Shown here: positions 36,927 to 46,443 of the stretch, piece after piece
Layout of the letters: each line of letters begins with the position of its first letter
Numbering within the stretch: position 1 is the stretch's first letter
Origin: a virus
Strand: one strand, 5' to 3'
IMG/VR virus record: IMGVR_UViG_3300045988_175656
Length of the DNA: 64,000 nucleotides
Made by a program: the position numbers and the translations under genes
Notes under the pieces: generated by a model
What the model was told of the DNA's origin: nothing
Databases searched by the model: none
What the model saw: the letters and a program-made list of their open reading frames with translations, nothing else

Positions 36927-39900
36927 ATGTCAAGATATATTAAATCACATAGTAACTACACATTAAGAAAACAACATCAACTTGTTAAAAATGGTACTAT
37001 TTTTGAACGAGATTGGGTGACTATTGGTGGAACAGGAAGGTTTACACCAGGTCAAACTCCTATATATTCAAATGGTAATTTTATTTTTACAATTAATAAT
37101 AGCCCTAGTTATCAAAAGAAACATAAATATGGACATTGGGTAACTTCACCTGATGGTGATATTGTATGGACTGATGATGAAGTTGAGGATGTAAATCTTC
37201 CTGACACAACTTCTGATGTTGAAGTGAATGAAGTCTCAAATGATTTAAGAGATTTTGCTTACTATGGTTCTTGTGTTGAATTAGTTAGAGCTTCAATTGA
37301 AGATATAATAAAATATTTCCCTGCTGAATTATATTTTAGTGGAAAGGTAACACAAATAGTAACAGGAAATACAGAAGATGAAAATCCTTTTCAAACAGTT
37401 GAAGGTTTTATTGTTGATAATGATTTTCAAATAAACTTAATTAATAATAATGTTATATTAAGTGAATATGAAAATGATTTACGTTATTTGTCTTATTCAT
37501 ACAAAGATTATGAAATTATAAGTGGTAATACTAAAATACCTGTTACAAGTGTCACAATTATCAATGAAGATGTTGATGTGAATTGTTTGACAGAAGGACA
37601 ATTATTAAATACAATCACTATAAATGGTAATATTGTTATAAAAGGTCGTTTTGTTAATGGAGAAAGACAATTTTTTCATAACAGTACAATTGGTTTGCAT
37701 ATTAGACCAAAACAGAATATAATTGACAAATATTTTAAAGAGTTAGATGGATTTGAAAAAGTATTATTAAATCGAAAATCAAGCCCAATTTACACAAATA
37801 CATTTTTAACACCTATTGAGACTAATAAAGGTATTACTTTTATTAATCGTAAATATTCATGGGCAGTTGTTAATGGATGGAATTTAGATATATCAAGCCC
37901 TAATTATTTATCATTTTTCAATGGTTTATTGGAAGTAGCTCAAATATTGGATGATTATTATTGCGATAACATATATCGGTCAATGACTCATGAAGCCATT
38001 AAAAATTTTGACTGGACTTATACAAGAGAATATAATGAAGGTGACGAGCAAGAATATGTTGTTGCAGGTACTAAAGTAGCAAATTTATTAAGGATTTGGG
38101 GGCGCATTCTTGATGATATAAAAAGATATATTGATGGTATAAAATTCACAAACACAATTACATATAATAGACAGAATAATATATCTGATTATTTTCTTAG
38201 TGACAAATTAGAGTTGGGTGGATGGGATGTTTCAACTGTTGTAAAGACAGGAACAGAAAATAATACAACTGATATTTTATATACAGGTGAATCAACAGGT
38301 TATACATATACTGAGGTAAACAATCAGTTTATGAGACGTTTGGTTTTATGTTCTAAGGCTATTTTTAGAGCCAAAGGGACTCGAAAAGCAATAGAGATGT
38401 TACTTGGTATGTTTGGTATCAACAAGGATTGGTATTCAATAAATGAGTACTATTATACTTGCAGTCCAATTACCAATTCTAATACTATATCATTAATACA
38501 ATCTATAAATTCAGAAAAAAGCATTGTATTATCTGATGAAGATGACCCTTATAGTGGGTTATTAGTTAAAGAAATTAATGACAATGGAAATATTTATTTA
38601 GTTCCTTGGTTTGACAAGAATTTAACATATGATGGAAATCCATATTTTCAATCTAATGGTGGATGGGGAAGTGAGAATCCTCTTCCATTGAATAATGGTA
38701 ACTTCATATATAAAGAAACAATGCCTTATATTAATGTAGTTCCAACATTAGATGAATTGTTTACTCTTAATATTGGTCGAATAACTCCTAATGATGTATA
38801 TTATGTATATGACATAAGTAATATTTCAGATTATAATTTTGTGTATGATAATCCAAGTTTATCAGGAAACCCAACAAATTATTTTATATTAGGTAATGAC
38901 CAAACAGTGACAGATGAAAATACAATAATTAACAATTCAAGAAACGCATCTGGATGGACTTGTGCTACATACCAAACAGTTGGAAATGATAAAATAATTT
39001 CTAATGAAAGAGTTGTGTATTTAGAATCTATTATATCTAAAAATAATGGAAACAATCCTCATATTGGTTATGGACATTATGATATGGGTAAAGAATTTTT
39101 TGATTATTTAAGAGAATTATTTAAATATGCTCTTGATAATAGTAAAATTTCAGGAAGTGATAGTGAGTTAAATCAATATAAAACATTAGGTTTTACTGAT
39201 ATAGATTTTAATTCACCAACTTTAGACCCAATTAAAATACAAAATATTGATGTTTATAAAAGTATATGTGGCTCAGGGAAAAAAAGCACAAAAGCTACTC
39301 CTACTAAAATATTTCTAAATACAAAATTGCTAGTTATTGAAAATAAATACACAGGGAATGCTGAATATAGAAAATATTTTACAGATTATGTATTACCATA
39401 TCTTGAACAAATAATACCATCGACTGCTATATTTGGTATTAAAGGTTTTGATGAAAATGGTGGAAAATATTTAACACTATCAACTAATGAAGTTAAATTA
39501 AATGATTCTATGAATCCTATTAGTTCAAAAGATGTTGTGTTAAATGCTTCAGGAAATTGGAATTCTGCCCCTGTGAGTGCTTTGGTTAATGGTGTTCCAT
39601 CAAACGGAAGTGAAACTAATTTGACATTTACAGTTGAAAAAAAAAAAGACGAAAAAAAATACGGGAGTGAAAAAATAACATTTATGTTAGATGAAGATAA
39701 TTCAATTACTTCAGTTTTAAATGTTACAGTTTCGCAAATTAGTGCTTCTGACATATCATTTGATGATGCAACAGGTGGTACTAAGAGTACAAATATAATA
39801 GTTGATGGGTTAAGTAATAATCCTAATTATTATATTGTAAATAATGTATCGTGGGCTAATGTTATTAAAAATGGAAATACTATTACAGTAACAGCAACTC

Positions 39901-42900
39901 AAAATAATAATTCAAGCCAAAGAAACGGAACAATTATTGTCTATAACATGAATGATAACAATTGTTATTGGATTATTAATGTCATACAAGTTGGTGCTGA
40001 TATTAGTATTTCATCATCATGTTTATACCAATCAAAAATAAATAATATACCAAATTGTGTCAATGAAGTTCCATATATAGGTGGTATTTATTATATTGAT
40101 GTTGAAGCAATAGGTGGAGCACAAGATTATAACTATACATTTTTCTCAGATATTACAGGAGCGAATGTGGTAACAGAAAAAATAAGTTCTAAACTATTAA
40201 AAGTTACAATTGGTGAAAATCCAACTGTAAATGACATAAACTATACTTTTACATTTACCCATATTAATGATGATAGTAAGAAAGTAACAACAACATTTAA
40301 ACTTTTAAAAGCAACTGGTTTAAGTATCTTAGTAAATGGTAAAAGTGAAGCTGAAGGAACTGTACAATATATAGGTGGTAATATTACACCTACATTTGTA
40401 GTAACAGCTAATGGAGCATCAAAAACTTGGAGTGTAGATATTTCTACAATTCCAGATTGGTTAGAAGTTTCAATTGATGTAAATAATTTAACAATTATAG
40501 CTGATTCACTTACATCAACAACATCAAGAGAAGCAAAAATAACAGTATATCATAACGATGACCACTCAGTTAAAGCTTATATTGACATAACACAAAAAGG
40601 TGTTGGGGAATTATCAATTGTAGCTAATCCTGATACTATTACATTTGATAGTAATGGGGGAAGTATGATAATATCAGTTGATGTATATGGTGGTTTAAAA
40701 AATTATACAATAGCTCCATCATGTAATTGGATAACAACAGAAAACAATGTTGTTGGCGATTATGGGGATTATACAGAGTACAAACTGGTTGTTAATGCAT
40801 CCCAATATAAAGATACAACACAAAACAGAACTTGTACATTAACATTAATACATAACAATAATACGTCAATAACAGAAGTAATAAATATTACACAAAATGC
40901 AGCAATAGCGTATGATATTTATGCAACAAAAATTGGAGAGATTACACCTGTAACTGCCGTAACAGACATTCCATTTACCCAAACAACTGAAGAAAATGGA
41001 AGAAAATTTGATGTTTATGTTTCCCCATCTTATGCTGGATATGTTGTAGATGATGATGTTTCATGGCTTTATACTTCAACAAATGGAAATGTATTAACAG
41101 TGTGGTTTGATACTAATAGTTCAAGTACTGAAAGAAGTGGAACTGTTGTATTAAAAAATGCGTTAGACACAACAAAAACACATACTATTATATTTACACA
41201 AGCAGGAGCTGGTTTATTATTTATTGGTGGTAAGTTACCAAGTAGCACAGAATATTCTTCTAATATATCAATGCAATTTGAAGCCAATGATAGTGCTAAA
41301 CAAGTTGATGTTAAAGTGGATGGTGGGTCTGCTGAGTTTATTCTTGATTCAGCTAATGCAGCAAAATATCCGTGGCTACATATAGCACCATCAACAGGAA
41401 AAACTGGACAAGTTACAATAAATTGTGATTCTAATACTGAAAATAATAACAGAACAGGAACAATTGTGTTAGTACATAAGGATAATACAGATTATTCTTT
41501 TATAATTAATGTTCAGCAAAATCAAGGTTATAATTTAACAATTGAGCCTAATGATGGTGGTAATACAATTAATACAAGTACTGTTGCAGATGTTGCACAA
41601 TCAGGTATAATTAAAACATTTAATATTGCTGCAACAGGGGGAGATGCTAAATATAAATTTGTTGGGAGTAACGTAGATTGGATTTTAGGTAATGGTTCTT
41701 CATTAACGAATTTATCAAGTGGTACATCAGATACTATATTTAAGTTACAAGTACTCCCTAATGATACAGGAGCAGTAAGAAGCGCAACAGTTACATTTGA
41801 ACATGTAAATGATAGTTCTAAAAAAGTATATATAATTGTTAATCAATTAATTGTTGTTTATGATATTTTAATTGACGGATTAAAAGAAGTTCAATGGAAT
41901 GAAATTGAATCAATGGAAATAGAAAGAACATTTGCAATAACAATTAGTGGCGGTTCAATGCAATATACTGTTGATGACCCTATTGAATGTACTTTTGATG
42001 AAGCAACAGGAACTTATAGTGAATTGCCTGGACAAAATGCTGATTGGGTCAATGTGTTTAATCAAGGTAATTCTTTAATACTTGATTTAAATGAAAATGG
42101 TTTGCCTACAATTAGAGCCGCTAAAATTAAAGTAAAACATAATGATAAACCTAATGATGTTTATGCTGAAATATACTTATGGCAAAAAGCTGCTGAAATT
42201 GAATATAAAAATTATAAAATTGTAGTCAATCCAACAGCTACCACTTTTTCTAATGAAGGCGGTAATGCAACAGTTAGAGTGACATCAACAAGAGATAAGT
42301 ATGTAAATGGCAATTTTATTAAAACAGAGAATGTTTCTTATAAAATTAAAATTGAAGATGATATACCTATTACTTATACAAATATATTTAAAGTATATGG
42401 TAAAGAAACTGACCAAAACTATAATATAGAAGCTTCTGGAGATACTATTGACATGGCTGTTGTGTCTGTTATGAAGAATGATACAACAGGTTCAGAAAAT
42501 TTTGTGGTATGGAACGCAACATCTGATTCTGACTGGATTAACATTGATTTTATTGATTCTAACAGAATTACTGTTTCTATATTAGAAAATATAACTAATT
42601 CAAGTAGAAGTGGAAAGTTGACTTTTAAGCAAGATAAAGAAGATGCAAAAACAATTGTTATTACATATAATCAAAATCATTATCCACAAAATGTTATATG
42701 GGTTGACCCAACTGAAAATACAACAAAAGAAATTGAATCGGGTGCTACTTCTTTTATTGCATATGCAAATACTACTGCATTAACCTATAATGATGTGGTT
42801 GTAACTAAAAATCCTGACGATACATGGGTATCAGTTTCAGCACCTTCTCAGGGAGAAAATGAATATGGTGAAAAAGCTGTTAAAGTTGAAATAACAGTTG

Positions 42901-42953
42901 AAGAAAATAATGATAGTGATAGAGAATTATCTATCATAATAGATAAAAAATAA
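36927..42953 (+). CDS. Giant (2008 aa) fibre/baseplate-distal protein with a C-terminal array of BACON-like domains
   Basis: The C-terminal ~1150 aa consist of repeats of ~85-105 aa. Each ends in the pattern W(I/L/V)xx...(N/T)xxxxxR(S/T/N)(G/A)x(I/V)x(L/V/F)...(I/V)x(Q), for example DWLEVSIDVNNLTIIADSLTSTTSREAKITVYH...DITQ and VSWLYTSTNGNVLTVWFDTNSSSTERSGTVVLKN...FTQ. Confidence 0.7.
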   Translation: MSRYIKSHSNYTLRKQHQLVKNGTIFERDWVTIGGTGRFTPGQTPIYSNGNFIFTINNSPSYQKKHKYGHWVTSPDGDIVWTDDEVEDVNLPDTTSDVEVNEVSNDLRDFAYYGSCVELVRASIEDIIKYFPAELYFSGKVTQIVTGNTEDENPFQTVEGFIVDNDFQINLINNNVILSEYENDLRYLSYSYKDYEIISGNTKIPVTSVTIINEDVDVNCLTEGQLLNTITINGNIVIKGRFVNGERQFFHNSTIGLHIRPKQNIIDKYFKELDGFEKVLLNRKSSPIYTNTFLTPIETNKGITFINRKYSWAVVNGWNLDISSPNYLSFFNGLLEVAQILDDYYCDNIYRSMTHEAIKNFDWTYTREYNEGDEQEYVVAGTKVANLLRIWGRILDDIKRYIDGIKFTNTITYNRQNNISDYFLSDKLELGGWDVSTVVKTGTENNTTDILYTGESTGYTYTEVNNQFMRRLVLCSKAIFRAKGTRKAIEMLLGMFGINKDWYSINEYYYTCSPITNSNTISLIQSINSEKSIVLSDEDDPYSGLLVKEINDNGNIYLVPWFDKNLTYDGNPYFQSNGGWGSENPLPLNNGNFIYKETMPYINVVPTLDELFTLNIGRITPNDVYYVYDISNISDYNFVYDNPSLSGNPTNYFILGNDQTVTDENTIINNSRNASGWTCATYQTVGNDKIISNERVVYLESIISKNNGNNPHIGYGHYDMGKEFFDYLRELFKYALDNSKISGSDSELNQYKTLGFTDIDFNSPTLDPIKIQNIDVYKSICGSGKKSTKATPTKIFLNTKLLVIENKYTGNAEYRKYFTDYVLPYLEQIIPSTAIFGIKGFDENGGKYLTLSTNEVKLNDSMNPISSKDVVLNASGNWNSAPVSALVNGVPSNGSETNLTFTVEKKKDEKKYGSEKITFMLDEDNSITSVLNVTVSQISASDISFDDATGGTKSTNIIVDGLSNNPNYYIVNNVSWANVIKNGNTITVTATQNNNSSQRNGTIIVYNMNDNNCYWIINVIQVGADISISSSCLYQSKINNIPNCVNEVPYIGGIYYIDVEAIGGAQDYNYTFFSDITGANVVTEKISSKLLKVTIGENPTVNDINYTFTFTHINDDSKKVTTTFKLLKATGLSILVNGKSEAEGTVQYIGGNITPTFVVTANGASKTWSVDISTIPDWLEVSIDVNNLTIIADSLTSTTSREAKITVYHNDDHSVKAYIDITQKGVGELSIVANPDTITFDSNGGSMIISVDVYGGLKNYTIAPSCNWITTENNVVGDYGDYTEYKLVVNASQYKDTTQNRTCTLTLIHNNNTSITEVINITQNAAIAYDIYATKIGEITPVTAVTDIPFTQTTEENGRKFDVYVSPSYAGYVVDDDVSWLYTSTNGNVLTVWFDTNSSSTERSGTVVLKNALDTTKTHTIIFTQAGAGLLFIGGKLPSSTEYSSNISMQFEANDSAKQVDVKVDGGSAEFILDSANAAKYPWLHIAPSTGKTGQVTINCDSNTENNNRTGTIVLVHKDNTDYSFIINVQQNQGYNLTIEPNDGGNTINTSTVADVAQSGIIKTFNIAATGGDAKYKFVGSNVDWILGNGSSLTNLSSGTSDTIFKLQVLPNDTGAVRSATVTFEHVNDSSKKVYIIVNQLIVVYDILIDGLKEVQWNEIESMEIERTFAITISGGSMQYTVDDPIECTFDEATGTYSELPGQNADWVNVFNQGNSLILDLNENGLPTIRAAKIKVKHNDKPNDVYAEIYLWQKAAEIEYKNYKIVVNPTATTFSNEGGNATVRVTSTRDKYVNGNFIKTENVSYKIKIEDDIPITYTNIFKVYGKETDQNYNIEASGDTIDMAVVSVMKNDTTGSENFVVWNATSDSDWINIDFIDSNRITVSILENITNSSRSGKLTFKQDKEDAKTIVITYNQNHYPQNVIWVDPTENTTKEIESGATSFIAYANTTALTYNDVVVTKNPDDTWVSVSAPSQGENEYGEKAVKVEITVEENNDSDRELSIIIDKK

Positions 42954-43094
42954 AAAATTATGGCAGATTCAACATGGGTAACAACTTCAATAAAAGAGGA
43001 TGAATGTGTAACTGTAAATAACATTACAGTTACAATAAGTCCTTATGATGGTAAGAAACAAAGAACTAAAAAGATAACATTTACACAATGTGAG
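39468..43094 (+). repeat. Tandem array of about 12-13 diverged BACON-like (Ig-fold) domain repeats spanning two ORFs
   Basis: Approximate repeat boundaries are 39468, 39740, 39996, 40320, 40610, 40905, 41215, 41530, 41850, 42190, 42370, 42690 and 42960. The repeats are conserved at the protein level only. Confidence 0.65.
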
Positions 43095-43736
43095 GTTGGT
43101 GATGATGAAACTCAACCAATACCAACTATTACTGAGTATCACATTACTCAAATGCCACCTGATGTAATTGTTATTCCACCTTCAGATTACATGGTATTTA
43201 GATATTTTTGGGGGGCAGATGATGGTCGTGACTTAGATACTGCAACTGAATTTTTAAATACAGGTATTGAAAATGTTGATGACCAACCAGTTGGTTTTTC
43301 TATGAGAGGTAATAGTAACCCAATTATAACAGGAAATACCACAACAGAACCACCTACTCCAGGGTTACTAATATGGGCAGGTGATAATATGCAAAGTGGT
43401 AATGAATGTGTATATATTAATTTTAAATATCTTTTTGAAGCATATGAAGATGTTTTACCACAATCAACACAGATTGGTATATGGGCAACTTGGTTCGGTG
43501 AAATAAAAAGTGGTAATATGACGTTTGAAATTACCACATATTCAGGTGGTACGATGGTAAAAGATGGATATAATTTTATAAATGAAGGTGGTTCTCAACA
43601 GTTTAGACAAACATATAGTTATAATGTTAACACTAAAAAAGGTTCATCTGATTATAAAAATCAATATACTAGAATTGGTACAGTTTATATTGACAAAGAT
43701 AGTAAACAAATAACCATGATACTTGGTAATCCATAG
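42960..43736 (+). CDS. Fibre-tip candidate: partial BACON-like domain plus a distinct C-terminal domain
   Basis: It starts STWVTTSIKEDECVTVNNITVTISPYDGKKQRTKKITFTQ (the BACON C-terminal half). It is in the same reading frame as the 2008-aa gene and separated from it only by TAA-AAA-ATT. Confidence 0.6.
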   Translation: MADSTWVTTSIKEDECVTVNNITVTISPYDGKKQRTKKITFTQCEVGDDETQPIPTITEYHITQMPPDVIVIPPSDYMVFRYFWGADDGRDLDTATEFLNTGIENVDDQPVGFSMRGNSNPIITGNTTTEPPTPGLLIWAGDNMQSGNECVYINFKYLFEAYEDVLPQSTQIGIWATWFGEIKSGNMTFEITTYSGGTMVKDGYNFINEGGSQQFRQTYSYNVNTKKGSSDYKNQYTRIGTVYIDKDSKQITMILGNP

Positions 43737-43764
43737 AAAAAGGGAGCAATTGCTCCCTTTTTAT
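43737..43764. terminator. Bidirectional terminator between convergent genes
   Basis: AAAAAGGGAGCAATTGCTCCCTTTTT is a perfect palindrome flanked by an A-run and a T-run. Confidence 0.8.
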
Positions 43765-43765
43765 T

Positions 43766-44599
43766 TTAAAGGTTTACTAACCTTTCGATGTCATCTTCAA
43801 CATCTTCATAGCTTGATATTTTAAATTTATAGATACTATAATCATTTTCAACATCATGAACTTTGTATGTTAAATCTTCAACATTCCATTCCACAAAACC
43901 ATGTCCAGTAACATTCTCCCCAGCGTCTTTTTGAAATAAAGAACCTGCATATACCATAGGTATTCCATTTTTCCTTATTTCTTGTCTTTTATGAATATGC
44001 CCACAAAGAACAGCATCACAACCAATAAAAGAGTTAACATCAATTCCTTTATCTGACATTTTACCAATATCTGTTTTTGCCCCTGGTATTTCACCATGAA
44101 ATAATCCAAAAACTTTATGGTTAGGATATTTTTCTTTAATTTCATCAATATTTGGTCTTTGGTATTTTTCCCATATTGAGTATAAAGCCCAAATAATATT
44201 ATTATCTACAATGTAGCCACTTTTATAATTTAGTATTTTATCAGCATATTGAATATTTTTATACGCCCCTTCTACTTCAAATATAGGAGATAGTGCATCT
44301 TTTCTTTGTTTATTATTTTCAAGCATATCATGATTTCCTGCAATGATAATTGTAGTTGCAATGGTATTAAGATAATTTAACAGTTTAAAATATATACTAT
44401 TTGCTTCAGGAGATACTTTATTTTTAAAATCAAATATATCACCAGCAAGAACAATTCTTACTTCATCTTTATTATAATCAGCACAAACCTTACAACATTC
44501 AAAAATAAAATTTTCTATCATTTGAGAATATGGTTTATCTTCTTCGACATTTGGAATGTGTACATCGGCAATGTGTATAATTTTTTTTATATCAGTCAT
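43766..44599 (-). CDS. SbcD/Mre11-like metallophosphoesterase nuclease (T4 gp47-like)
   Basis: The calcineurin-like motifs appear in order: IHIADVHI, LAGDIFD, AGNHD, GLFHG, CGHIH. Confidence 0.8.
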   Translation of the reverse strand: MTDIKKIIHIADVHIPNVEEDKPYSQMIENFIFECCKVCADYNKDEVRIVLAGDIFDFKNKVSPEANSIYFKLLNYLNTIATTIIIAGNHDMLENNKQRKDALSPIFEVEGAYKNIQYADKILNYKSGYIVDNNIIWALYSIWEKYQRPNIDEIKEKYPNHKVFGLFHGEIPGAKTDIGKMSDKGIDVNSFIGCDAVLCGHIHKRQEIRKNGIPMVYAGSLFQKDAGENVTGHGFVEWNVEDLTYKVHDVENDYSIYKFKISSYEDVEDDIERLVNL

Positions 44600-44614
44600 A
44601 TTATTCTTATTTTA

Positions 44615-44636
44615 TGCAAATATACGATTTTTTTTA
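44615..44636 (-). promoter_or_regulatory. Early promoter box (minus strand)
   Basis: The reverse complement reads AAAAAAAATCGTATATTTGCA with TTTG exactly 20 nt upstream. It lies 16 nt upstream of the SbcD-like ATG. Confidence 0.65.
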
Positions 44637-44684
44637 AATAAGAGCAAACATTTATGCAATATTTATATTAAAAGTAATTAAATT

Positions 44685-45371
44685 ATGGAAAAATGGGAAC
44701 TTTTAATCAGAATGGTTTTAACTCATGAAGGTGGTTATGCTAATGTGTCAGGAGATGCAGGTGGACAAACCTATTGTGGGATTGCAAGAAAAGCCAATCC
44801 AAATTGGAAAGGATGGAAAATTATTGATGCAAATATGCCTTTAAAACACAATCAGAAACTAAATAATTCTGAATTGGATAATTTGGTTTTTGATGTATAT
44901 AAAAAGAATTATTATGTACCAATGAAAATTGATATGATAGATGACCTTATGATTTCAGCACATGTTTTTTGTCATGGAGTTAATGCAGGTAACAAAGCAG
45001 CCATAATTTTATTACAGAAAGCTATTAATGTTATATATGGCGTTAATATTGCTGTTGATGGAATAATTGGTGCAACAACATTACAATACACCAATAGAAC
45101 TGATAGAGTTATTGATTTAGGTAAAGAATTAATACAACAAAGAAATAATTTTTATCGTAATATTGTAAAAAATAAACCATCCCAAAAGAAATTTTTAAAT
45201 GGATGGTTAAACAGAGTTACTGGAACAACTAATACAGTTCTTAAAGCTGAACAAAAACCAGTACAAAATGTTTTATATGCTGATTATCAAGTTAAAGAAA
45301 GTGATACTACTAATCTATTAACTTCTATTGGAAAAGGTATTATTAATCTTTTCAAAAGAAATATTAGCTAA
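44685..45371 (+). CDS. Endolysin, GH108 muramidase domain plus PG_binding_3 domain
   Basis: LTHEGGYANVSGDAGGQTYCGI is the GH108 signature. The C-terminal AVDGIIGATTL is of the peptidoglycan-binding type. Confidence 0.85.
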   Translation: MEKWELLIRMVLTHEGGYANVSGDAGGQTYCGIARKANPNWKGWKIIDANMPLKHNQKLNNSELDNLVFDVYKKNYYVPMKIDMIDDLMISAHVFCHGVNAGNKAAIILLQKAINVIYGVNIAVDGIIGATTLQYTNRTDRVIDLGKELIQQRNNFYRNIVKNKPSQKKFLNGWLNRVTGTTNTVLKAEQKPVQNVLYADYQVKESDTTNLLTSIGKGIINLFKRNIS

Positions 45372-46388
45372 CTCATATTCTGATAATTTTATGGTGTTTT
45401 GGAGAACTTTACGAATCCCCTTAACACCATATTCTTGATATATAAGTGATGGGTCAAACTCGTTGGGAGTAGGACACAATCTAATCTTATTATATAAATT
45501 ACCTTGGTTTAATGTTTTATACACAATTTTAGCATTAAGTACAGCATCAGAATCAAGAAAAATATTTATGTTGGCTTTTGCATTAGCCATCAATGTTTTA
45601 AATATTGAATATTTTGGGTCAATAGTTTTACCTAACAATGGTATTGAGTTTGGAGTAACAATGTGGTCAAAAGGTCCTTCCACCAAATTAATATCTTCAT
45701 ACCAATTTATTTTTTCTTCATTAAAAATAATATCTGTTTTTTTTACAATATCAGAGCTAGGATTTTTATATTTAAATCTCCAACTTGGGGAAGTATAATC
45801 TCTTCCAACCCAATAATTTAATCCCCCAAATCTATCATATGAAGGTATAATTATTCTTTCTTTAAGAAATTTATCTTTATTTGTTCTTGGTATATAACCT
45901 ATATTATATTTTTCTATTATTTTATTACCAATTCCTCTATCATTTAAATATTTTAATGCATCACTTGAATAATAATCTTTATTTTTAAGAGGTGTAAAAC
46001 CATCAGGAAGAGAAATTAATATATCATCATATATTTCATCATCATCAATAAAATCAGTTTTATTAAATTTAAGCTCATACAGTTTAGATTGTCTAATTGC
46101 ATAAAGTTCAGCTCTATATTGTTGCAATATAGATTCATTTCCAAACATTTTAATTAGTTTAGAAATTTTACCAGACATTTCATTGGTTTCTCCACATACC
46201 CAACATTTGAATATATTCTTTTTAATATTTACTTCCAAATTATGTTTTCCATCTCCATCATACAACCCTTTTTCGATAGAGCACATTGGGCAATTGAACT
46301 GTATTTGAGTATCATCAGACATGCCATTCTTAGATTTACCAAGAAAAGACTCTAATAATGTTTCAATGTTCTTTAATTCGTTCAGCAT
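45318..46388 (-). CDS. DNA primase (zinc ribbon plus TOPRIM)
   Basis: It has a CPMC...CWVCG zinc ribbon, and the TOPRIM motifs LVEGPFDHI and IFLDSDA. Confidence 0.8.
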   Translation of the reverse strand: MLNELKNIETLLESFLGKSKNGMSDDTQIQFNCPMCSIEKGLYDGDGKHNLEVNIKKNIFKCWVCGETNEMSGKISKLIKMFGNESILQQYRAELYAIRQSKLYELKFNKTDFIDDDEIYDDILISLPDGFTPLKNKDYYSSDALKYLNDRGIGNKIIEKYNIGYIPRTNKDKFLKERIIIPSYDRFGGLNYWVGRDYTSPSWRFKYKNPSSDIVKKTDIIFNEEKINWYEDINLVEGPFDHIVTPNSIPLLGKTIDPKYSIFKTLMANAKANINIFLDSDAVLNAKIVYKTLNQGNLYNKIRLCPTPNEFDPSLIYQEYGVKGIRKVLQNTIKLSEYELANISFEKINNTFSNRS

Positions 46389-46421
46389 TTTTGTTCATTT
46401 AATAAATTGATTTCTTTTTGC

Positions 46422-46443
46422 TGCAAATATACGACTTATTTTC
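46422..46443 (-). promoter_or_regulatory. Early promoter box (minus strand)
   Basis: The reverse complement reads GAAAATAAGTCGTATATTTGCA, identical to 10789-10810. It lies in the gap upstream of the primase gene. Confidence 0.65.

Noticed and set aside
36927-43736. A diversity-generating retroelement targeting the fibre or tip genes.
   Set aside because: There is no reverse transcriptase gene in the window. I saw no template/variable repeat pair of ~100 nt with adenine-specific differences. The BACON repeats are diverged throughout, not at A positions only.
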